64,000 nt of DNA, taken from an uncultured Verrucomicrobiae bacterium (GTDB lineage Bacteria; Verrucomicrobiota; Verrucomicrobiia; Limisphaerales; UBA11358). Numbering within the stretch: the first letter of the stretch is position 1; each line of letters begins with the position of its first letter. A program made the translations under genes and the position numbers. Below the pieces are notes generated by a model that saw only the letters and a program-made list of their open reading frames with translations, did not search any database and was not told the DNA's origin. Location: assembly GCA_963711945.1 (NCBI GenBank), contig CAVQGB010000006.1:12128-76127 (forward strand). Reading direction: 5' to 3'. Below, one piece after another: positions 55,450 through 64,000 of this stretch.

Positions 55450-58400
55450 ATGCGACTGAAAATATGAGGTCCGCGCATCATCCGCGTTTCGTTTTGAAAA
55501 TCACGTTTCCCGCGTTTTTTTCACCGGCGTCCGTCATCGAATCAGCCACGAACCTCCTGGCGCGCGGCATCAGGCTCCTGTTGGCTGTGAACGCCCCCGT
55601 CAAAATGGCAGCGTGCCTGAGCCTGTTTGCCGCGTGTGTTCCCTCCGCGGTTGACGCGGGGATTGCGACCAAACAGGCAACGGGAACCGACCTCACCGGA
55701 AATGTCGCGGGCGTCTGGTCGGGCGGGGCTGGCGCCAACGGCTCGCCGGCCTCATCTGACGTTGCCTGGTGGACAAGCACGTCGCTGGGGCCGGGGTTGA
55801 CACTGGGAACCTCCAAGACTTGGGCCGGCATTTCCGTGTCGGGTGCGACGGCTGACATCGGCATCTCGGGCGCGGGCACATTGACGGTGGGTGCGATCGG
55901 TCTTACCAACGTCAACATGAGCATTGGCAATCCCATTGTCTTGAGCGGGAACCCCACTTGGAGCATTGGCACTTCCGGAAAGACCTTGACGGTATCGGGT
56001 GCAATTTCCGGATCAGGACAGGCGCTGACTTTGGATGGCGCGGGCGCGTTTCTGCTTTCCGGCGCAAATTCCTACAACCAGGGGACCACAATCAACGGGG
56101 GCTTTGTTGCCTTCCGAAACAACACTTCCGGCGGGGCAAATTTCACCATCAATAATGGGGCGACATTGGAATTCACCAACGCGTTATCACAACAAATTCA
56201 AGGCGGCACAATCAGCGGGACCGGCACTCTTCTCAAACAAGCCCCTTCCGGTGCGCTGACCACCGCCACCGTATTGATGCTGGGTGGAAACGGCAAGCCG
56301 GAGAACATCGCGCTGACCGGCGGGCTGATTGATGTGGAAGGCGGGACGTTGCGCAATGAATACAGCAACAAAAATTGGACCAACAACCTGGCGTCCATGT
56401 ATGTCGCCGCCGGCGCAATGTTTGACGTTTGGGATGGATATGCCCAAGTGGATGCCCTGAACGGCTACGGCACCATCAACAAAGGCTGGAACGTGGACTG
56501 CAACTTTGTCATGGGCGTGAACAATGGAAGCGGCACCTTCAACGGGAATATTTTAAACAACTATACGTATTCGGGTTATGGCAGCGCAGGTGGCAGCTTG
56601 AGCATTATCAAGGCCGGCTCCGGCGCGCAAACCCTGACGGGCACCAACACTTGGTCCGGCAGCACAACGATCAGCAATGGCGCGCTCGTCTTGGGTGGCG
56701 CCGGTTTGCTGGGCGGCGGCGCTTATGCTGGCACCATCATCAACAATGGCATTTTCAACTATGCCAGTTCGGCCAGTCAGACCCTGTCCGGCGTCATCTC
56801 CGGCGCGGGTTCTTTTGTTGTGAGCGGGTCCGGCACACTGATGCTTGACGGCGCGAACATCTATGCCGGCGCCACCACCATCACCGCCGGCACGCTGGGT
56901 GGCAATGGCGTCATCAGCGGCGCGGTCACCAACGCCGCCGGTGGCACATTGCAGCCCGGCCTCGGCAACGGCGACACCTCGACGCTTACGGTGGGCGGCA
57001 ACGTCTTTCTCGCGGGCACAAACAGTTTCGCGCTCAATCGCGCCAACGCGCAAAACGCCAGTCGCCTTTCGGTCTCCGGCGCGGTCACGCTCGGCGGCAC
57101 GCTCACGGTGACGAACGCCGGCGACCCTTTGCAGGCGGGAGACAGTTTTGTGCTCTTCAACGCCTCCGGTTACACCGGCAGTTTCAGTGCGACGACGCTG
57201 CCGGCGCTTGACTTCGGCCTCGTTTGGTCGAATACGATCGCGATGAATGGCATCCTCTCCGTGTTTTCCACCCTGCCGCCGACGAAAGCCGTAGTGACGA
57301 ATCTGCCCGCGTCGCACATTTTTGCCACGTCCGCGACTTTGGGCGGGCAGGTGCTTTCCACCGGCGGCCAGGCGCCGAATGTCTGGATCTACTATGGCCC
57401 GAATGACGGCGGCGCGAATGCGGCAGCCTGGTCCAACAACATCGCCCTGGGCGTGAAGAACAACGGCGCGTTCAGCGCCCTCGCCGCCGGGCTGGCGACC
57501 AACACGACGTATTATTTCACCGCGTTCGCGTCAAACGCATCTGGTGTCTCGTGGGCTTCGCCATCGTTCGGTTTCACCACGCCGGCTGCAAACCCTTCCG
57601 CGATGCGCGTTTCAATGCTGACCTATCACAACGACAACACGCGCCAGGGCCAGAACACGAACGAAACCCTGCTCACGCCGGCAAACGTGAACACGAACAC
57701 GTTCGGGAAATTGTTCTCGTATAACAATCTGGACGGCTACATTTTCACGCAGCCGCTGATTCTGACGAACGTGACGGTCCCCGGCCTGGGCGTGCATAAC
57801 GTCGTCATCGTCGCGACGGAGAATGACACGGTCTATGCCTTCGATGCGGACAGCAATTCCGGCGTGACCGGCGGCTTGCTCTGGTCAAAGAGCCTCGGCA
57901 TTGCTTCGACGAACTCGGTCAGCCCCTACGGCTCGCGCTACGGCACCTATTCCAACATCCCGAACGAGGTGGGCGCCACCGGCACGCCGGTGATTGATCC
58001 GGCCACCGGCACGTTGTATGTGAACGGGTTCACCCGCGAAGTCGTGCCCGGCGTTTCCACCAATTACGTCCATCGCATCCACGCGCTCGATGTGGCAACC
58101 GGCGACGAACGTTCCTACAGCCCCGTGGTTGTGGCCGGTTCCGTGCCCGGCACCGGCATGGACAGCAGCAACGGAGTCGTGACGTTCAACCCCGTGCAGG
58201 AGAACCAGCGCCCCGCGCTCACGCTGGCGGGCGGAACACTTTATGTCGCCTACACGAGCTACGCGGACACCGACCCGTATCACGGCTGGATCTTTGGTTA
58301 CAACGCGACGAACCTGACGCTGCAACCGAACGGCATATTCAACACCACCCCCAACGCCACGATCGGCGCCTTCGGCACGCACGCCGCGGAAGGCGGAATC

Positions 58401-61400
58401 TGGCAGGGCGGAGGCGGGCTGTGCGTGGACACGAACAACAACCTTTATCTCGAAACCGGCAACGGTTCGTTCAGCGCCAATACGAACGGCGGCGACTACG
58501 CGGATTCATTCATGAAAATTTCGACGACGGATGGCTTCGCGGTGGCGGACTACTTCACCCCTTACGACCAGTCCAACCGTGCCTCGTTGGACATTGACCT
58601 CGGCTCGGCCGGCCCGATCCTGCTGCCCGATTCAGCCGGCAGCGCGGCGCATCCGCACCTGCTCGCCGGCCTCGACAAGGGCGGCAAGGCGTTTGTGCTG
58701 GATCGCGACACGCTGGCGTCGCCACATTACCAGACCACCGACGACAGCCAGATTGTGCAATGGTTCACCAATTCAGCCACCGGCGGCGGTTTCTTCAGTC
58801 CGCCCGCGTATTTCAACGGCATGATTTACATCCAGCCGAGCGCCGGAACAGGCTCGGGGAAGATGCAGCAGTTCAGCATTGCCAATGCCATGGTCAACAA
58901 TACCACCGCCAACAACATCGCACCCTTTGCAACGGCACAGCCGTCCGTCGGCAGTGTCAACGGCGGGCCGGTCGTGTCCGCCAACGGCACGAACGACGGC
59001 GTTGTCTGGATAATCAACGCCAACGGGGGGAGCACCGGCCAGGCCGCTGTGCTCTATGCATTCAACGCCACGAACATCTCGCAGACGCTCTACAGCTCCA
59101 GCCAGCTCGCCGCGCGCGACAATCCCGGCCACGGCGTGAAGTTCACCACGCCCACCGTCGCCGGTGGCAAGGTGTATGTGCCCGCGCAATACACGCTCTC
59201 CGTCTATGGCGTTCAGGTCTTCCTCGACGCGCCGATCATTTCACCGAACGGCGCCAGCTTCACGAACGCCATCGCCATCACCCTGTCCGACGCCAGCGCG
59301 GGCGTTTCGATTTACTACACGCTCGACGGCACGGCGCCCACGGCCAATTCCACGCTTTACTCCGGCCCGTTCATGCTTACGAGCAACGCCGTCGTCCAGG
59401 CCATCGCCATCGCTCCCGGCGCGGTCAGCAGCGCGGTGGCGGGAGCGTCATTCATCAACAGCGCCGCGCCCGGAACCGGCGCCGGCCTCTATGCGGAATA
59501 TTTTGCGAACGCCTCCAGCGCCAGCCCGTTCAGCGGCCCGCCCGTGCTGGTGATGACGAATCCAACGGTCAATTTTTCCTCGGCCGCGAACTGGCCGGGC
59601 GCGCCCGTCGGCAGCAACAATTTTGCCGTGCGCTGGACCGGCTCGGTGCAGCCGCAGTTCACGGAAAATTATTCCTTCATCACCACGGCGGACGACGGCG
59701 TGCGGCTCTTCATCAATGGACAACTGTTGATTGATGACTGGATGGACAAGACGAACGCAACGTCCCGGACGAATTCGATTTCGCTCGTCGCGCAACAGCT
59801 TTACACGATCGAGCTGGATTACTACCAGCATACCAACAATGCGAGCGTGACGCTCTCGTGGAGCAGCCCTTCGACGCCGTTCAATGTCGTGCCGCAGTTG
59901 CAATTGTATCCGTTCACGAACCCGCCGCCGTCGGTCGTCCTGACCGCGCCCTTGGACGGGGCGGGTTACACCGCGAGCGCGAGCGTGACCATCAGCGCCG
60001 ACGCGGATGCGCCTTACAATCCCATCAGCACGGTGGATTTTTATGCAAACAATGTTTTGCTAGGCAGCGTGACGAACCTGCCTTACACGATCACGGCCAC
60101 CGGCCTCGGCGCCGGCAATTACGCGCTCGCCGCGGTGGCGACGGATGGGAGCGGCTTGAGCAGCACGTCGGCGGTGGTCAACGTCACCGTGAACTCCGGC
60201 AGCGGCCAGCCCTACGGCCTGACCGCAAGCCCCGTCGTTCCCGCGTTTTTCAACATGCCGACGACCTTCGGCGGTTCGCTGCCCGCGCAACTTTCACTCA
60301 CCGGCATTTTCAGCAACACTCCGGCCATGACGCCGGTGGACGGATTGATCCCCTACACGCCGAACACGCCGCTGTGGTCGGATGGCGCGGTGAAGATCCG
60401 TTACCTCGCCGTGCCAAACGACGGCGGCGCCATCACGCCCGGTGAGCAAATTGGCTTTGCCCCGACCGGCTCATGGTCGTTCCCCGCCGGCACGGTGTTT
60501 GTCAAGACGTTCGAACTGAACACCGACACCTCAAACCCGAACGTGCTGCGCCGGCTCGAAACCCGCCTGCTCGTCCGCGACATCAACGGCCAGGTTTATG
60601 GCGTCACCTACAAATGGCGGCCGGACAACAGCGATGCCGACCTGCTGCCCAGCGGCCTGACCGAGAACATCACCATCACCAACGCCGGCGGCACGGCCAC
60701 GCAGTCATGGTATTATCCGAGTCCCTCGGACTGCCTCATCTGCCATACACCCGTGGCGAACTATGTTCTCGGCGTCAACACACGGCAGTTGAACCGCGAC
60801 CAGGCCTACGCCGCCACCGGGGTGACCGACAACGAGCTGCGCGCTTTGAACCATGCGGGTTTGCTCAATCCCGCGTTTGACGAGGGCGGCATCACCAATT
60901 TTTCCAGATTGTCCGCGCTGACGAACCTCGCCGCGTCGCTCGAGGAACGCTCGCGTTCGTATTTCGACGCGAACTGCGCCCAGTGCCACCAGCCCGGCGG
61001 CACCGGCCCCACGTTTGACGCGCGCTACGACACGCTGCTGGCCGGCCAGAACCTCATCAACGGCGGGCTGGATGCGAACGGCTTTGCCATGATTGTGCCC
61101 CACGACATCTGGCGCTCGGAGATTCCCCCGCGCATGACCTCGACCACCACCGGCGTCCAGATGCCGCCGCTCGCCCGCAATCTCGTTGACACGAATGCCG
61201 TGCAGGTCGTCACCGATTGGATCAACAGCCTGCCCGGCTCGCCGGTTCATTTCATGTCCGCCGCCTTCAGCGACAACCAGCAGTTCCAGATGAATTTCCT
61301 CGGCGTGCCTGGCAGCAACTACGTGTTGCAGGCGACCACCAACTTCGCCAACTGGACTCCCATCAGCACGAACACCGCGCCGTTGAATCCATTCCCCCTG

Positions 61401-61457
61401 TTCGACGCCACCGCGGCCGATCACCCGTATCGTTTCTATCGTGTGCTGCAACAGTAG
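55434..61457 (+). CDS. ~2000-aa secreted protein: autotransporter-associated beta-strand repeats, PQQ-like beta-propeller, CHB_HEX_C-like, PA14, Ig-like, di-haem c domain, FYRV C-terminal domain (true start probably further downstream)
   Basis: [26 protein letters not shown] repeats; [14 protein letters not shown]...[10 protein letters not shown]...YHGWIFGY...DLGSAGP...[14 protein letters not shown]; [11 protein letters not shown]; [10 protein letters not shown]...[11 protein letters not shown]; CLICH and CAQCH; MPPLAR; RFYRVLQQ. Confidence 0.88.
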   Translation: MLRIVYATENMRSAHHPRFVLKITFPAFFSPASVIESATNLLARGIRLLLAVNAPVKMAACLSLFAACVPSAVDAGIATKQATGTDLTGNVAGVWSGGAGANGSPASSDVAWWTSTSLGPGLTLGTSKTWAGISVSGATADIGISGAGTLTVGAIGLTNVNMSIGNPIVLSGNPTWSIGTSGKTLTVSGAISGSGQALTLDGAGAFLLSGANSYNQGTTINGGFVAFRNNTSGGANFTINNGATLEFTNALSQQIQGGTISGTGTLLKQAPSGALTTATVLMLGGNGKPENIALTGGLIDVEGGTLRNEYSNKNWTNNLASMYVAAGAMFDVWDGYAQVDALNGYGTINKGWNVDCNFVMGVNNGSGTFNGNILNNYTYSGYGSAGGSLSIIKAGSGAQTLTGTNTWSGSTTISNGALVLGGAGLLGGGAYAGTIINNGIFNYASSASQTLSGVISGAGSFVVSGSGTLMLDGANIYAGATTITAGTLGGNGVISGAVTNAAGGTLQPGLGNGDTSTLTVGGNVFLAGTNSFALNRANAQNASRLSVSGAVTLGGTLTVTNAGDPLQAGDSFVLFNASGYTGSFSATTLPALDFGLVWSNTIAMNGILSVFSTLPPTKAVVTNLPASHIFATSATLGGQVLSTGGQAPNVWIYYGPNDGGANAAAWSNNIALGVKNNGAFSALAAGLATNTTYYFTAFASNASGVSWASPSFGFTTPAANPSAMRVSMLTYHNDNTRQGQNTNETLLTPANVNTNTFGKLFSYNNLDGYIFTQPLILTNVTVPGLGVHNVVIVATENDTVYAFDADSNSGVTGGLLWSKSLGIASTNSVSPYGSRYGTYSNIPNEVGATGTPVIDPATGTLYVNGFTREVVPGVSTNYVHRIHALDVATGDERSYSPVVVAGSVPGTGMDSSNGVVTFNPVQENQRPALTLAGGTLYVAYTSYADTDPYHGWIFGYNATNLTLQPNGIFNTTPNATIGAFGTHAAEGGIWQGGGGLCVDTNNNLYLETGNGSFSANTNGGDYADSFMKISTTDGFAVADYFTPYDQSNRASLDIDLGSAGPILLPDSAGSAAHPHLLAGLDKGGKAFVLDRDTLASPHYQTTDDSQIVQWFTNSATGGGFFSPPAYFNGMIYIQPSAGTGSGKMQQFSIANAMVNNTTANNIAPFATAQPSVGSVNGGPVVSANGTNDGVVWIINANGGSTGQAAVLYAFNATNISQTLYSSSQLAARDNPGHGVKFTTPTVAGGKVYVPAQYTLSVYGVQVFLDAPIISPNGASFTNAIAITLSDASAGVSIYYTLDGTAPTANSTLYSGPFMLTSNAVVQAIAIAPGAVSSAVAGASFINSAAPGTGAGLYAEYFANASSASPFSGPPVLVMTNPTVNFSSAANWPGAPVGSNNFAVRWTGSVQPQFTENYSFITTADDGVRLFINGQLLIDDWMDKTNATSRTNSISLVAQQLYTIELDYYQHTNNASVTLSWSSPSTPFNVVPQLQLYPFTNPPPSVVLTAPLDGAGYTASASVTISADADAPYNPISTVDFYANNVLLGSVTNLPYTITATGLGAGNYALAAVATDGSGLSSTSAVVNVTVNSGSGQPYGLTASPVVPAFFNMPTTFGGSLPAQLSLTGIFSNTPAMTPVDGLIPYTPNTPLWSDGAVKIRYLAVPNDGGAITPGEQIGFAPTGSWSFPAGTVFVKTFELNTDTSNPNVLRRLETRLLVRDINGQVYGVTYKWRPDNSDADLLPSGLTENITITNAGGTATQSWYYPSPSDCLICHTPVANYVLGVNTRQLNRDQAYAATGVTDNELRALNHAGLLNPAFDEGGITNFSRLSALTNLAASLEERSRSYFDANCAQCHQPGGTGPTFDARYDTLLAGQNLINGGLDANGFAMIVPHDIWRSEIPPRMTSTTTGVQMPPLARNLVDTNAVQVVTDWINSLPGSPVHFMSAAFSDNQQFQMNFLGVPGSNYVLQATTNFANWTPISTNTAPLNPFPLFDATAADHPYRFYRVLQQ

Positions 61458-62175
61458 TCATCAGGGGAAAAATCGCCCCGGCTTCACGCTGATCGAATTG
61501 CTGGTCGTCATCGCCATCATCGCCATCCTGTCCGCGCTGCTGCTGCCGGCGCTGGCGCGCGCGAAGCAACAAGGCGAACGGGTCGTCTGCCTTTCCAATC
61601 TCAAACAAATCGGCCTGGCGTTTGCCGTTTATCTGGGCGACAACGACAGCCGTTTCCCCGACCGGCGCGATCTGAAATCCGCGCTGCCGGGCGGCTATCA
61701 CCCTTGGACGGCCTGGCCGCCATCCGATCCGCGCGGCGGCTGGGCGGCGGCCGTTTTCAAAGATTACGGCGCCAGTGACGCGCTCTGGTCGTGTCCGCTC
61801 GCGGCCGATTCGCCGGTCGGAAACGCCGTGCAAACACTGCAACTGGGTTCGACAAATTTGAACCCGCCCGCCGTCCGTTACTGGCTCTGGCGTTTTGACC
61901 GGCCCGACGACCCGGTGGGCCAGGAGGATTTCTGGGGCAAGACCGATTCGCAGGCCGTCTCCGACCTGGTCGCGGCGTCGGCCGCGGACGCGACGCTGGG
62001 AACCATCAACGGCTCAAGCGACGTGGAACTGGCCGTGGATCCCTATTTCCCGAACACGATTCCAACCGTGTCGCCAGAACTCAAGGGCCGCACCATCCAT
62101 GCCGGCGGTCGTTGCCGGGTTTTCCTCGACGACCACGTGCAATTCATCAAGGATACCCGCACACCGTTGCCGTGA
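61441..62175 (+). CDS. Prepilin-type N-terminal cleavage/methylation domain protein
   Basis: PG|[28 protein letters not shown]...CLSNLKQIG; variant C-terminal [14 protein letters not shown]. Confidence 0.88.
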   Translation: MCCNSSHQGKNRPGFTLIELLVVIAIIAILSALLLPALARAKQQGERVVCLSNLKQIGLAFAVYLGDNDSRFPDRRDLKSALPGGYHPWTAWPPSDPRGGWAAAVFKDYGASDALWSCPLAADSPVGNAVQTLQLGSTNLNPPAVRYWLWRFDRPDDPVGQEDFWGKTDSQAVSDLVAASAADATLGTINGSSDVELAVDPYFPNTIPTVSPELKGRTIHAGGRCRVFLDDHVQFIKDTRTPLP

Positions 62176-62176
62176 A

Positions 62177-63926
62177 ATGAAGTTGTGTCCCGTCATCCTG
62201 CTTGCGGCGTGCTGTCTGCCGGTTCGCGCGAATGATTTTTCCGCCACGAATTCCCCGCAGGCGGCCTTCCAAAGCGCCGAGCGGGTCCGCGTCGCGGCCA
62301 TCGAAGGCCGCCGGATGATCTGCGGAAAAATTTTGCGCGTCCTGCCCGAAGGGCTGGTCGTGGACAGCGGCTACACGGATCTGTTGCGCCCGCCGCTGAC
62401 CGATTCATGGCTCGTGCCCGGCACCGTGTCCGCCGCCCGGTCGCCGAATCTCGTCGAAAGCCGCGAGCCGGGGGCGGTCGCCGTCGGCGCGGTTCTTCTC
62501 ACCGACCTCCCGAAGGGACGTGGCAAAAAATACAATCCGAAGCAGTTCGATTACGTGATCCTGACCGCCTACCCGGCCGGCGAGGCGACCTACACGTCCG
62601 TGGGCACGGTGCAAAAGACCGTGCGCCACTTCACCGGCTCACTGGCGGCGGCGGTGAATGACCAGATCGCGGAAACGCGTTGGACGGCAGTGCCGTTGCG
62701 GATGCCGCCGGATGCCGGAGGCGAAATGCCCAAGCTCCTCTCACAAACCGGCGCATTCCGGGATACCGCCGGTTTGACGCCGGAAAGTTATTTGATTCCG
62801 TATGATGTGAACGTTCCGTTCTGGTCGGACGGCGCGGAAAAATCACGCTGGGTATGCGTGCCGCCGGGCGAGGTGATCCATTTTTCACCGGCCGGCGAAT
62901 GGAGCTTTCCGCCGGGAACGATTTTCGTGAAGCATTTTGAGATCGCGACCGACGAGACCCATCCGTCCGTGAAGCGGCGCCTCGAAACCCGCCTGCTGGT
63001 GTGCGACGCCGCCGGCGGCGTTTACGGCGTCACTTACAAATGGCGCGCGGACAACCGCGACGCGGATCTGCTGGAGACAAATCTCACCGAGGACATTCCC
63101 ATCAAGACGGCGGCCGGTGTGCGCACGCAACAATGGTATTATCCCAGTCGCACCGACTGCCTGACTTGCCACACGGCGAACGCTGGCTTTGTGCTGGGCG
63201 TAAAAACGCGGCAACTCAACCGCGACTTCAAGTATTCCGACGGCAAAACGGAAAACGAAATCGTCTCCTTGAAAAATCTCGGCCTGCTGGACGCGGACTT
63301 TTCCACGGCTGACGTGAAGAAATTTCCGGCCCTCGCCCGTTCCGGACGACGTCTCGCGCAGTCTGGAGGACAGGGCGCGCTCGTATTTGGATGCGAACTG
63401 CGCAAACTGCCACCGCCCCAACGGCACCGTCGCCGGCTTTGATGCGCGCTACGACACGCCGCTCGAAGGGCAGAAAATTGTCGGCGGGCACGTGCTCATT
63501 GACCAGCGGATTGACGGCGCGCGCGTGGTCGCGCCGAACGATGTGTGGCGCTCGATCCTGCTCATGCGAGTGGACACGACCAACGCCTACAAAATGCCGC
63601 CGCTGGCGCGCAACACCGTTGACGAAACAGGCGTGAACCTGCTGCGCGACTGGATAACCAGCCTGCCGGGACCGTCTGTCCTTCCGCCGACGGTGATTTC
63701 GCCGCCGGGCGGAAATTTTTCGCTGCCGGTCGAGGTCAGCCTGAAAAGCGGGCCGGGCGCGAAAATTTATTACACGCTGGATGGAACGGTGCCGACCACG
63801 GATGATCTGCTCTACCAAAAACCGTTCACATTGAACGACCCGACCATCGTGCGCGCGAAGGCGTTCAAGCCCGGCAGCACCCAAAGCATCACGTCGCAGG
63901 AGTTCTTCCTGTTCAACAACCGCTGA
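62177..63926 (+). CDS. Secreted di-haem c-type cytochrome domain protein (SO2930/HNE_0200-like) with CHB_HEX_C-like tail (frameshift near 63345)
   Basis: Signal peptide, [57 protein letters not shown]. Confidence 0.85.
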
Positions 63927-63946
63927 AATCGATTCCCGAAGTTGAT

Positions 63947-64000
63947 GGGGAGCGCGCGCGCCTCGCGTGCTGTTTTCCGCGCCATCGCGGAAAACCTCGA
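63947..64000. repeat. Left arm of a GGGAGCGC REP-like element (truncated by the window)
   Basis: GGGGAGCGCGCGCGCCTCGCGTGCTGTTTTCCGCGCCATCGCGGAAAAC; same family as 28491-28663. Confidence 0.75.

Noticed and set aside
60270-63670. Duplicated di-haem region as a diversity-generating retroelement TR/VR pair or a misassembly
   Set aside because: The copies differ throughout at all bases rather than only at adenines, both are coding, and no reverse transcriptase is present.

Overview
GC-rich bacterial chromosomal segment; gene content and style suggest Verrucomicrobiota, Pedosphaerales/Limisphaerales-like (inference). Many single-base frameshifts look like uncorrected long-read errors. Contents from left to right: (1) the edge of an integrative element, with a tyrosine integrase (missed by the ORF track) next to tRNA-Asn; (2) housekeeping genes (PRTase, pyrH, a degenerate pheA, nucleotidyltransferase, eda, VOC protein); (3) a Mn-uptake locus (usp, mntH, outer-membrane barrel, divergent mntR with two operator-like boxes); (4) a type IV pilus/T2SS-like cluster (minor pilins, pilMNOP-like, secretin) followed by a large NHL/FN3/cohesin-dockerin-like surface protein, with both operons carrying a sigma54 promoter and a shared ~45-bp upstream motif; (5) a polytopic membrane protein, LysR and a ~1635-aa PlsA/Ger-like CoA-activase fusion; (6) a B12-binding radical SAM, DUF2157/GDYXXLXY genes, an ECF sigma and a Ser/Thr kinase; (7) a MoxR-DUF58-vWA-ABC operon; (8) tRNA-Leu; (9) a ~2000-aa propeller/PA14/di-haem secreted protein, a pilin-like gene and a second di-haem protein. 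The most unusual signal is a set of short palindromic (REP-like) elements. Five different ones sit in-frame in the activase gene and others sit in neighbouring genes. A heptamer-repeat hairpin family occupies four junctions of the MoxR operon, three times as a translationally coupled mini-ORF and once as the signal peptide.
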